From positions 83,824,001 to 83,888,000 of the forward strand of contig NC_043006.1 of NCBI RefSeq assembly GCF_006345805.1: a DNA stretch of 64,000 nucleotides, given 5' to 3'. Every line of letters starts with the position of its first letter. The first letter of the stretch is position 1. Positions 37,241-49,679 of this stretch are shown here, one piece after another. Both the position numbers and the translations under genes were made by a program. The DNA is from Octopus sinensis (taxonomy: Eukaryota). The notes under the pieces are model-generated. The model had not been told where the DNA came from and made no database searches. It saw nothing but the letters and a program-made list of their open reading frames with translations.

Positions 37241-37872
37241 TTAAAAAAAAGAAGTTTTACACATCTGTTTTTAGAATTAAAAAAAAAATCATATGGCCTC
37301 TTTGAGTGTCTATAGTAATTCAGTGTCTATAGTAATATCTCTTTGATTCAGCACCTTAAAATATTGACTTGTAACATTAACATGAGACCACAGTTTTGTC
37401 TTTTTTGTGGGTGGTGGTGGAGAATATTCTCAATTATGTCAGTTCCACTATTTACTGGTATTTTGTTTCTTTATTTTATTGATCTTGGAAGGATGAAATC
37501 CAAAGATGACAGTATCAGGAATTGAACTCAGAATGCAATGCAATGAAAGGTATTTTGGGCCAAGGCTAGTATTTCTGCTCCTTCTCCATCTTCACTGTGA
37601 TTTATTTAAGAGTGTATATACAGTACTTAATTCATCCTCATAATTTTACCATCCCTTTTTCCATGCTTGCATGGCTCAGATGGAGTTTATTAAAGCAGAT
37701 TTTTATGGCCAGATGAAATTCCTGTCATCAATCCTCACCAGTTTCCAAGCCAGGTAATATTTCTCCACGACCAGACATGTTCTTACTGAATATTGGAAAT
37801 GAGGGACAGATACTCATTTACAACTAGTAAGCAATGTCATGGCAATCACACACACACACACACATATATATG

Positions 37873-38135
37873 TGGAGGTACAATGTCCCAGTGGTTAGGG
37901 CAGCGGACTCATGGTTGTAGGATCGCGGTTTCGACTCCCAGACTGGGCGTTGTGAGTGTTTATTGAGCAAAAACACCTAAAGCTCCACGAGGCTCCGGCA
38001 GGGGTGGTGGCGATCCCTGCTGTACTCTTTCGCCATAACTTTCTCTCACTCTTTCTTCTGTTGGCCTGCTCGCTTAGCCAGCGGGGTGGCGTCATTTGGA
38101 GGCTAAAACAGTGCGAAGCGCATTGTGACCAGTGA
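37873..38135 (+). mobile_element. SINE family E (tggaggc.caatgg.ccagtggttagggcagc head); related copies at 13590-13930 (-) and 45131-45435 (+)
   Basis: tRNA-like head with gtttcgactccc B box, shared aaaacacctaaagctcc and caactttctctcactcttt body. Flanked by TA runs. Confidence 0.8.
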
Positions 38136-39725
38136 TATGTAGCAACATCTAATAGCCTGGTCAGTCAGGGTGATCACGTTGATATATATATACTCTTTTA
38201 GTTTCTGTCTACCAAATTCACTCACAAGGCTTGGTCAGCCCAGGGCTGTAGTAAAAGACATATGTCCAAGGTGCTGAGCTATGGGACTGAACCCAGAACC
38301 ATGTGATTGGGAAGTGAATCACTTAACACACAACCAACCCTACACCTATTAAATAGCTTTTTAAAGTTCATGCATTGAATATATCCAATTTATTACTATA
38401 TCTCTACTGAAATACGTTCTCCTTAATTAAATGAATCTTGAAAATAAAGAATATAGTTAAATAACTGATTGGAATGAATTAACATGAAAACTGTTAGGGG
38501 ATATTTTAATTTAAATCACTTTGAGAGTCCAGGAAGCTTGTGCCTTAGAACCAGGATCAGTCTTGGCCAGATCAGTATCAAAAGGGTTAAAACTAATGTT
38601 TTAACTCAGTGAAAATGTGTTGGGTCAGCACTGATATAAATCTATGTGCTAATCTCTAATCTATTTACCAATATTTATCATATCTTCTCCATCTACATCT
38701 AATTAATTTGCACTTTGAAAATTCATCATCATGAATTTCCTAAGCATGTATTCTTGAGATACAGATTGTCCTACATTTCAATATTCATGAATTTTCTTAC
38801 ATATTGTTTAAAGTTCATTGATCCATTATGAGTATTTGAAATTACTGAAGATGGAGAACTATCAGAAATGGGATCTTGGACTAAAAATGCCTTGTGATAT
38901 TGAGTTACATCTCTCTGTGTTCTGACTTGGAATCCCTCCAAGGTCAGCTTTGGCTTTCATCTTTCTGAAATCGATAAAATAAAGTAATAAAATGCCATTC
39001 TGTGATTGGTAATAAATGCTATATTATCCCCAATTTTCAATTTGCAGTCTTGTGTTCGCATTAAAAATCAATATTTGAAAGCACTAAGTCACACAAGTCA
39101 TAGTGTTGGACTAAATTGTCTTGCAATGTTTTGCTACATTTCTTTATGTTCTGAGTTCAAATCACACCAGTAGAGTTGATTTTTACATTCCGTCCTTCAG
39201 TACTTGGTAACACAAATCTCAGTTATCAGTAGGGGTTGGTTTGTTGACTGTACACTCCCTCATCTGAAACCTTGTGGCAATTTTTTTTTTTTTAAATCAA
39301 TATTAGAAGCATCAGAAACAGCAAGACTATTTGCATTAATTTCTCTGTTCTAAGATCAAAGACTTCTAGAAACAATATTAAATTTTCTTCTTCTGAGGTT
39401 GATAAAATAAGCAAGCAAGTTCTATATTTGATTGACTGTATCCCACTTCACTGATGACAAACCTTTTCAGCCTGGCATGTTGGAGTTCTAATTTCTGTAA
39501 TAATCCTGTTATGCCATTTACATATACACATCTAATTATGTATGTGTTTTTAAAACACAACACCTCTAAAAGAGATTTCATCTCGGACAAAAACCATTGT
39601 AACTTGCCTGCTCACTTACGTTCAGGTGTTTGTTAAATTTTCTTGAGAGCATTTCTTAGTGGTAAGACCATAGCGGATCTACTTCTAGCATAAGGCTTGT
39701 CCACATAGTGGTCATCCCTCCGATA

Positions 39726-39767
<42 letters not shown>

Positions 39768-39799
39768 CACACACACATTCAGTATGATACATAGATTCT

Positions 39800-40580
39800 T
39801 TTATTATTTTACTTGTTTCAGTCATTTGACTGTGGCCATGTTGGAGCACCACCTTGAAAAGTTTTAGTCAAACAAATTGACTCCAGGACTTATTTTATCG
39901 GTCTCTTTTGCCAAACCACTAAGTTACAGGGATGTAAAAACACCAAAACCAGTTGTCCAGTGGTGATAGGAGGACAAACACAGACACAAAGACATACACA
40001 CATATATATATTATATAGATAGATAGATAAGAAAAGAAATGGACCAACAATTAGAATTTAATCATTGGTATACTATTTATATTTCTCCGATAAACTCTAA
40101 ATTGTTCCGATGATGTTTGTTAAATGGAACGAGATTAATGCAAATTTACTTCGAAATAACAAACTGAAACAGCTGTAAATGTTTTTGAACTACAATTAAA
40201 CTATGACCTTTTAATACCTATGATCAACTTCTAATTGTTAATAGTTGCTCTATTTCTTTTCTTATCTGAATATATTAAACCATAGTTTTGACATTTAAAT
40301 TACCAACTACAGTTAACCTTATACATAGTGAGGTAATACACCAATAGTGTCTATGGATACAGTTATCCCTTAGATGGTTGCATAACCTTTAACCCATAAT
40401 TTTTTAGATATATATATATATATGGGCTTCTTTTAGTTTCTGTCTACCAAATTCATTCACAAGGCTTTGGTCAGCCCAAGGCTACAGTAGATGATACTTG
40501 CCCAGGATGCCACGGTGAGACTGAACCCAGAACCATGTGGTTGGGAAGCAAGCTTCTTACCACATAGCCACGCTTTTGCC
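39800..40580 (-). mobile_element. SINE family A split by an insertion of about 400 bp in its internal microsatellite
   Basis: 3' half about 39800-39995, 5' half about 40420-40580, foreign AT-rich sequence between TA runs. Confidence 0.75.
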
Positions 40581-41029
40581 TATTGGGTATTCTCATTAGA
40601 TAGTGCTCCTCTGGCACACACTTGATATTGTATGCATGTGTTTTAGTTTTAGGTAAATGATTATAGAGAAGCCTTTTTTGTCAATATCCATTGCTCGCTG
40701 CCTACAAACCTGTGGTGTGACATCTGGGTTATTGAACTGCATCATACCATATTTTTGGCAATGATCTCATTAAATACTGAATCCCAATGCCACAGTTAAT
40801 TAGCTTCACAGGGCCTTTTTTCTCTCAAAGCTATACCAACAAGGAAAGTTTGAGGTCAACACTATTTACTTACAAATCACTTTTCGATTAGTTTACTTAC
40901 TATTTACATTACAGACACTGCTTACTCACAATAAATAGGTACTTTTTGTCTCTATTTATAGGTAGGTAAATGGGTCATTTGAGATTTTATTAAGCAATAC
41001 AGTATTTGCCTTAGGCCGTCTATAATCTC

Positions 41030-42215
41030 CATATACTCTTTATTCTCTTTTACTTGTTCCAGTCATTTGACTGCAGCCATGCTGGAGCACCGCCTTCAGT
41101 CGAGCAAATCGACCCCATGACTTATTCTTTGTAAGCCTAGTACTTATTCTATCAGTCTATTTTGCCGAACCGCTAAGTTACGGGGACATAAACACACCAG
41201 CATCAGTTGTCAAGCAATGTTGGGGGGACAAACACACACACACACACATACATACATATATACATACATACATATATATATATTATGAATGATAATAATA
41301 GTAACATTAATGGTATTGGCAACGATAATGATGCTAACTTTAATGACACTTTAGAAATTATTATGAAGTAATATAATGTACTACTGACTATGTATATTTG
41401 CATCTAGGTACTAATTTGTGTATGTTTATTATCACAATATTAAGTCGAAAAACTGAGACATTGAATGTGGAACACATATATATGTTTACTAATTTATATT
41501 ATTTATTTATATCATTATGTATATGTATATTTTTATATGTATAAGAGTGTGAGTATATGCACTCATATGTATATGTATATGTTGTATTATGGGTATGCAC
41601 CCACACCCATGTGGGTATATATGTAGACTGATTTATATTACATAATCTCCAAAGAGATCTTATGATATTTTTGTAAATGTCTCATTTATATCTATATATT
41701 GACCAACCATAAAGGGCTAATATTGGTAAAATGAAACATACTTATCTATATGGCCGAAACAGCTGTAAGATGTAATCTATACTTATATTTATATTTACTT
41801 ATATTTATATTCTCTTTTATATATATTCTACTTATTATACAACATTACTCTTTTATGTACACTTTTTTATGTACATTCCTTTATGTACACTGATTTGTTC
41901 TGCTTTTTATATTTAACCCTACAGTCTCTTATGTGGTGGTTTAATAAAGTATGTGATTGAGTATTACCTGGTAATTGATATTTGATTTAGATGTATTTCT
42001 CCATTTTCTTATCTTGTGTATATATATATATATATATACACACACATATATACGACAGGCTTCTTTCAGTTTCCGTCTACCAAATCCACTCACAAGGCTT
42101 TGGTCAGCCTGAAGCTATAGTAGAAGACACTTGTCCAAGGTGTCACGCAGTGGGACTGAACCCAGAACCATGTGGTTGGTAAGCAACCTACTACCACATA
42201 GCCACTCCTACGCCT
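41030..42215 (-). mobile_element. SINE family A split by an AT-rich insertion of about 730 bp
   Basis: 3' half about 41030-41270, 5' half about 42030-42215. Confidence 0.75.
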
Positions 42216-42466
42216 ATGTGCATGTTTGCTACTGAGATCCTAAGCCCATACTTTCTCGACAGCTTTTTCTCTGCAACAATATGCATTAGTGTGTTGAAAG
42301 TTTGGCTGCATACACAAGTACTAAATTGTAATTCAAATAACCACATTTATACATGCAACAAACTGTACTTCTCCTAGTAATGCAGGTATTGAAAACTTTT
42401 ACATAACCTATGCTAGCATGGAAAACGGACGTTAAACAAATAAGTTTTCTACAACAAATTAGACTA

Positions 42467-43408
42467 TTGGGTCATACCATAATGTGGTTATTTCAACTGC
42501 ATGAACTAAAAGTTGGAGGGGGTGGGATAAACTACCTGCATCAACTTGCTATAAAAGCAGGTAGTAATTTTACTTTATCCTTATTCTTAGTGCAGGTTTT
42601 GAAGAGTGCAGTTCAATTTTAAGTTATTTTTTCAAAGCTATAATGGAAGTGACAAAGGAGCATATTTGGCATATTTTGTTTTATGAGTTCAATAAAGGCA
42701 ACAACGCAATGTAATGTGTGAGGAATATTAATGCAGTATATGGGGATTGGACAGTAAGCATAAGCCAGTGTCAATGGTGGTTCCAGAAATTCCAAGCTAG
42801 AAACTACAGCCTAGAAGACAAGCCCTGCCTTGGAAGATCTGTAGAGTTTGATAAGGACATCTTACAAACCCCAGTGGAACAAAATTCCATCGTAAGTGTT
42901 GAGGAACTAGTAGAGAAGGTTGAATTTGGTCATTCAACCATTCATCAACACCTGCATGCCATTGGAAAAGTCAGCAAATGGGATCAATGGGTTCCTCACA
43001 AACCTTCCAAGTCTAATCACGTGCAGAGAATGAATATGTGTTCTTCTGTTCTTCTTTGCTGTCATGTCTCATGAACGAACCTTTTTTTGGACCGAATAGT
43101 GACTGGTGACAAGAAATGGGCTCTCTGTAAAAATGTCAAGTGCCAAAGACACTGGGTGGGAAAGGAGAAACACCAGCACCCCAGGCTAAAGAAGGTCTTC
43201 ACCTACATAAGGTGTTGTTATGTTTGATGGGATATGAAAGGTTTAGTCCACTTAGAACTTTTAAACCCAAACCAAGCAATAACAAAGGAGATCTACTGCG
43301 AGTAGCTTGAGTGGCTTAAGTTAACACTAGAAGAAAAACGATCATCTTTGGTTTCAAGTTGAAAGGTATTTTACCATCAGGATAATGCTTGGCCACGTAC
43401 AGCGAGGA
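42467..43408 (+). mobile_element. 3'-truncated mariner element with a degenerate transposase (ATG 42643)
   Basis: TA|ttgggtcataccataa left end. MEVTKEHIWHILFYEFNKG..., WVPHK, FLDRIVTGDKKW, WDMKGLVHLELL, FYHQDNA motifs with stops and frameshifts. The third catalytic D region is missing. Confidence 0.9.
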
Positions 43409-46400
43409 AGCAGACTTCTTGACCACACATCCATGTCATATATTAAGAGATATTCAAAGCATAAAAATTAATAAAAACAAAACTGTAATAAAATATAAAA
43501 AGCAAAAATTTTATAATGGCGGTGCCCCAGCATGGCCACAGCTCATAAGTTGAAACTAGAATCAATCAATCAATCAATCATATTTTATTCAAAAACTGAA
43601 AGACTGTCTGAATCTCTCTCCCTCTTCCACTTCCCCTTCCCCTCTTTCTCTCTCTCTCTCTCTCACACATACACTCTTATATACAAGCTCCACAGATAAA
43701 GGGTTTTAAGAAATGTTAGAATTTTAACCACTGCATGGCACCTTGGGTAAGTGTCTCTTATAGCCTCGGGCTGACCAAAGCCTTGTGAGTGGATTTGGTA
43801 GACAAACTGAAAGAAGCCTGTTTTTTATATATATATATATATATATATACATACATGTATTTGTGTGTCTGTGTTTGTCCCTCCACCATTGCTTGACAAC
43901 CGATGTTGGTGTGTTTGCATCCCTGTAACTTAGTGGTAAGAGTAAGTCATGGGGCTGATTTGTTTGACTAGAGGTGGTGCTCCAGTATGGCTGCAGTCAA
44001 AATGACTGAAACAAGTAAAAGAGTATAACTGAAGACTGAAAAGTTTCAGATACACAATTGTGAGAAAGGGTTTCATGATTTTGCTGTTTCAGATTGAATT
44101 TCATATAATGCCATTTGAAGTAACTAATGTACAAAACAAGACTTCATATTAATCAATGCATGAAATTACAGTACAATATCTTGTTTTAGGTAAAGGAGAA
44201 AAACAGTAAACAATCAATAGATTATGTGAGGGAAGTTTAGTATCAACAACATTTACCCTCCTCTAAGAAAAAGAAACAATAAACTATGTAGAATTAGCAA
44301 AAAATTAGCATTGATACCATAATGCCAATCTGAAATTAGATTTTATGTTTATTCAGTTCCATATAATAAAGCCATAGGTGGCTTGATAATTCTCTTTGAA
44401 TGATAAAGTTTATCAATAAGAGTGATAAGCATAGCAAGATTCTGTGGAATAATCTCATTAAGACTGCTGCTAATTAAAGTGTCATTCTCTTGATAAACAG
44501 TTGTATCGTAGAATGAATGAAGAAAGAAACATTGTTGGAAAGGGATTATTGGGATCTGGAATCGAGTCGGCATTTGATAAGTCTGATTCTGTAATAATTA
44601 CTATTTCACTTTGAGATATTGGATATTGTGATGGCTTGTAATCTGATGAGATAGATTGGCTATTTATCTCTTTCTTTATAGCGTTTACCTGCAATGCAAC
44701 AAACTCAGGAATGTTATATTCCAAACATTGGTAAACTTGTCATTATCATGATAATAATCCTTTCTACTCGAGGCACAAGGCCTGAAATTTGTGGGGAGGA
44801 GTAAGTCAATAATAATGATTTCTTCTAAAGGTACAAGGCCTGAAATTTGGTGTGAGGGGAGAAGTCAATTACATCGACCCCAGTGTTTCACTGGTACTTA
44901 ATTTATTTATCCCAAAAGGATCAAAGGCAAAACTGACCTGGGCAGAATTTTAACTCAGATGAAATGCTGCTAAGCAATTTGCCCAGGATGCTAACAATTC
45001 TTCCAGTTTTCTGCCTTAATGATGATAATAAAGTTATTAAATACAGGGATCAGGTGCACTACAGCTCATAAGTAAAGGTTAAAAAAGATAGAAAGCAAAA
45101 ATATAATTTAGTTATTGTAGGTTTACTATGGTGGAGGCACATGGCCTAGTGGTTAAAGCAGCAGACTCTTGGTTGAGAGATCGCGGGTTTGAATCTCAGA
45201 CCGGGTGATATGTGTGTTTGTGAGTGAAACACCTAAGTTCCCTGCGGCTCTGGCAGAAGGTAATGGTGAACTTCTGCTGACTCTTTCACCACAACTTTCT
45301 CTCACTCTTTCCTCCTGCATCTTGCAGCTCACCTGCGACGGACTGGTGTCCCGTCCAGGTGGGGAACCTGTACACCAAGGAAACCGGGAAACTGGCCCTG
45401 ATGAGCCAGGCATGGCTTGAGAAGGAACAAACAAGTTTACTATGAATACTGATACAGATGTACATAGATTTCTGTTTCTCGTTGTAGCTTAATTTTAAAG
45501 TTAATGTTTAATCCTGCCTATATTTGATTCAATACTGTTGTACATAGGGTAAACGTGTTTGAAAGTTGTGTGTTTTGTTTTTTGGTAGGTTTGTTCCCAA
45601 ACAGCACTTCTTTTAGTGCTGTTGACACCGCTGGATTGAATGGTACTGCCCAGGTGCTGAAACCATAATGATATCCATGAGGCAGCTGACGATGGGGGTA
45701 TGTTGGATTGTTGGTATGGCTGTTTTTATATATGTGTAATAGTGTTATAACACATCCTTTTGACATAAGACAATTAAAGGAAGTCAGCAATGAAAGCGAG
45801 AAGTATGTGCTCAATACACAAAATAAAATACAACTAAGCAGTAAAAGAGACATAAAGAGAAAAGAGTGCCTAGACACATCAGGAGTGGTGTTGGCAGATT
45901 TCATGAAGTGTGACATTTTTGATAACTAATAACAACATGGCCAAATGGTTAAGAACTTCACCTCTCAGCCACAAGGTGTTGCAGCTCAATCCTACCCCAC
46001 GGCATATTGGGCAAACACCTTTCTCTATAAGCCTCAGGTTGACCCATTCATTATAAGAGAAATTAGGGTAGATGGAAACTGTATGGAAGCCTACTGAATG
46101 GTTTGTATCCATAATTCAAAAAGATACAGCCTTTTCTCATACATACACACACAGCTTTTTCTTCCATGTTTCCACAATTCATCATCATTATTATCATTTA
46201 ATGTCTGCCTTCCATGCTGGCATGGGTTGGACAGTTTGACAGGAGCTTGGCCAGGCAGGAACCTGCACCAGACTTCTGTCTCTGTTTTGGTTGGATTTTT
46301 ACGCTTGGGTGCCCTTCCTAACACCAACCACCTAGCAATGTAGACTGAGTGTTTTTTACACGGCGTAAGCAGAGACAAGGTCAGTTTTGACACAGGTTTT

Positions 46401-46509
46401 TACAGCTGGATGCCCTTCCAAATTCCAACCACTTTACTGTGTGGACTGGATGCTTTTTGGATGGCACCAGCACTTTGAGAGGAGAGGAGGCATTGGTGGA
46501 CGTGATCTT

Positions 46510-47430
46510 GTATCAGTTAATGAAAGCTGAGACAGAAACAGGTGTAAAAACGTATTTCTGAAAGTTATGGGTGCTGAGTTGTTGTTCGTTTGGTTTTAAA
46601 AGCATATCCATAAGTTGTAGAGATATTGAATTCAAAAGTTATCTCCAAAGTTGTTGGGAAGCTGGTGGATAATCTTGTGGGTGTCTATCAAATTAGATGC
46701 TACATGTTAAAATTTTAGTGAGTCAATATCCAAACAAGCAATACATTCAAGATATGGTGATTGACAGAAAGCATTACTCTGGTTGCATGTCTCTGGACAA
46801 ATTCCATCAGATCAATATTCTTGACAAGATAGGGATTCCAAACTGGAGATGCAAACTGTATGTGTAGACACACCATAGCAATATATATATCTTTAACACT
46901 TTAGCATGCAAATTATTCTGTCAAATGTAACTGGCTGTGGCCAGTTTAACCCTTTCGTTATTGTATTTATTTTGAGATACTCTGTGTTTCTTTCAATTAC
47001 TTTGAATATAATAAAGAATTTAGTAAAATAACTTAGTTATCATTCATCTAGCGTTAAGAACATAAATTGTAACTAAGGTTTAGTGGAAGATTTTAATTCA
47101 AAACTTATGAAAACAAGACATTTGTACTCAGAGCCAGAGCCAGTTTCAGCCAGGTTGGTAACGAAAGGGTTAAATGCTGAAGAGTTAAAGAGATAGAGGT
47201 GAGTGGCTGACAAAGGTCTTACTGAGTTATGCTTAGACACTTTAACCTTGTTGACAAATGTGATTCATCCAACAGAGATCATTGTTGATAACAATGCCTT
47301 GGTCACATTCACCAACAGACTTAAGGTTGGTGTAATTGAGAAAGAAGGTGAATTCTGGGTTTTTGCCTCCCAAAATTATGATTTGTTTCATATGTTTCAT
47401 AAAAATGACAATATTAGTAATCCTGTTCAA
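46510..47430 (-). pseudogene. CR1/L2-type LINE RT C-terminal remnant interrupted by nested MITEs
   Basis: Collinear minus-strand pieces GGKNPEFTFFLNYTNLKSV..QGIVINNDLCWMNHI and QFASPVWNPYLVKNIDLMEFVQRHATR lie on either side of the MITE block. Confidence 0.75.
46950..47169. mobile_element. piggyBac-type MITE (same family as 15291-15510), nested in a second TTAA MITE (about 46893-47188)
   Basis: TTAA at 46946-49 and 47170-73. TIRs ccctttcgtta / gtaacgaaaggg. Internal sequence is near-identical to 15291-15510. Confidence 0.85.
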
Positions 47431-49539
47431 TTGTATGGGTGGATTGGGTAGCTGGTACTATTGACTAGCACTACATTGGTTATGATAAGAGTTCCTGTTG
47501 ATTCAATCAACAGTATGGCCTGCTCATCAAAATTAAAATGGTTGATCACTCCACAGACATGTATACCCATTACATAGTTTTCAGAGAGATTCAGTGTGAC
47601 ATAGAATCTTTTCTACTTTAGGCACAAGGCCTGAAACTTTGGGGGAGGGGAGACAGTCAATTAGATCAACTCCAGTACGCAACTGGTACTTAATTTATCG
47701 ACCCCGAAAGGATAAAAAGCAAAGTTGATCTCAACAGAATTTGAACTCAGAACATAAAGACAGATGAAATACCGTTAAGCATTTTTGCCAGCTCACCACC
47801 TTCAGTGTGACACACAATGTAATATGACTGACCCTTTGAAATACAGGTACAACTCATTTTCAACAGCTGAGTGAACTGGAGCAATGAGAAATAAAGTGTC
47901 TTGCTCAAGGACATAACATGCTTCCTGGAATTGAACTCATGCTCTTATGATCATGAGCCAAAAACTCTGACCACTATGTCACTCATCTTTGCATGCTGGC
48001 TCTATGAATGGCAAGCCAGCAGAGGAACTGGCTCTCCTGGCAGTCAATGGCAGTGGGGAAAGAGGGTCAGAGACTGGAGATGGGGAAGGTTTAATGAATG
48101 TTGTGGAGTGATGAGGAGTTGGGAGATGTGATAGATGGAGATGAGATGTCCTTTACAAAACTCAACTGGCCCAATTTGGTTAACCATTCTATTATATTTA
48201 ATGCTAAATAGACTTTTGAATTGTGTGTGTGTGTTGGTCGTAGTGGATCTAGGTTGCCTTCAACTGTAGTTTTCAGCTAGGGCTCATATGACTTTTAGGG
48301 GGTCCATATAGGATTTTGTTATTAAAATATATCTGCAGTAAATTAATTATGCTTCTACAATACACAAAACATTTTAATAATTATTTTTATACACTGCAAG
48401 AACCAAAGGTGAAAAATGGTTGAGAAACACTGGACTAAACTCTTTAAGGCAGTGCTACAGCATGACCAAAGTCTATTGAGTGAAACAAATAAAATATGTG
48501 TCTGTGTGTGGTGACCTCACTAGTGCTGGTGCCATGTAAAACGCTCTGAGTACACTGTAAAGTTGTTGGCGTTAGGAAGGGCGTCTAACCGTAGAAACCA
48601 TGTCAAAGCAGACCTTGAAGTTTGGTGCAGCAGTCCTTTGGCTCACCAGCTCCTGTTGAACTCTCCAGCCTGTGCCAGCATAGCAAATAGATTATATATA
48701 TGTATATATATATATAGAGAGAGACAGAGATAGAGATAGATAATTCCAATGGCTGAAGACTAGCATCACGCCTGAAACTTGAAGTACTAAAGGAATTTGA
48801 ATCAAACTGTTTGATCTGTTCATGTAACTCCCAATTAATGTGTTGAGTGCCCTTCTTTCGTCTGTCTGCTCACCCGCGTATGTGTATGTATTAACTTCTC
48901 ACATGTAACGTACAGGTACGCAGTTATATACATATACATACATAAACATAAGCAGCCAGATAGTATAGAAAGAAACAGTGCAGTCTTCATGTCACATGAT
49001 CAATTGTGTATTAATCTTTAGTTGTGATTTTTTCAAATTTGTTATTTCTTCTCTCGTTCATACAAAACAATACTTCGTGCACTCTTGTTCTCTATACACA
49101 ATAGACTCGCATGTTGGTCTATTTTACAAATACGTATTTACGTATTCACATAAGCTTCTTTCTTGCTAACTGATATTCCGACAGATAAACATACGTTTGC
49201 TGTAACAGTTTCATACCCGCCTTTTACACATACATACATACAGACAGACACATACGGGCTTATTCACATAATTATACATACACTCTAGTTGATGCAGTCT
49301 GTGTGTATCGATTTTTCTTTGCTTCGAAGACGTTTCTTCGCTTTCGTCGCTCGCACACAACACACATGCACACAACACACACACACACACACATACATCA
49401 CCATGCCTATTATATCTCTTGTGTTTTTTTTTGTTTTTTTTCCCCCCTTGCTTGCTTCTCTTGCAGGTCAAGCACCGCCTCCGCCACCACCACCAGAAGT
49501 ACAATCGTCGTCGTCACCTTTTATGACTATTATTGAAAC

Positions 49540-49645
49540 CACTACCATCATCATCATCATCATCACAATCATAATTTATTATCGCAACAATCATCATCAT
49601 CATCATCATGAACTCAGTCTCAATCATAATTTATTACCGCAGCAC

Positions 49646-49679
<34 letters not shown>

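Noticed and set aside
37873-37950. tRNA gene candidates (also 45131, 14388, 28030)
   Set aside because: tRNA-like heads that continue into SINE bodies, with no complete acceptor stem or terminator.
45398-45425. CTGATGA-GCC..GGC in a SINE E tail
   Set aside because: Followed by TTGAGAA rather than GAAA, with no helix III or cleavage triplet.
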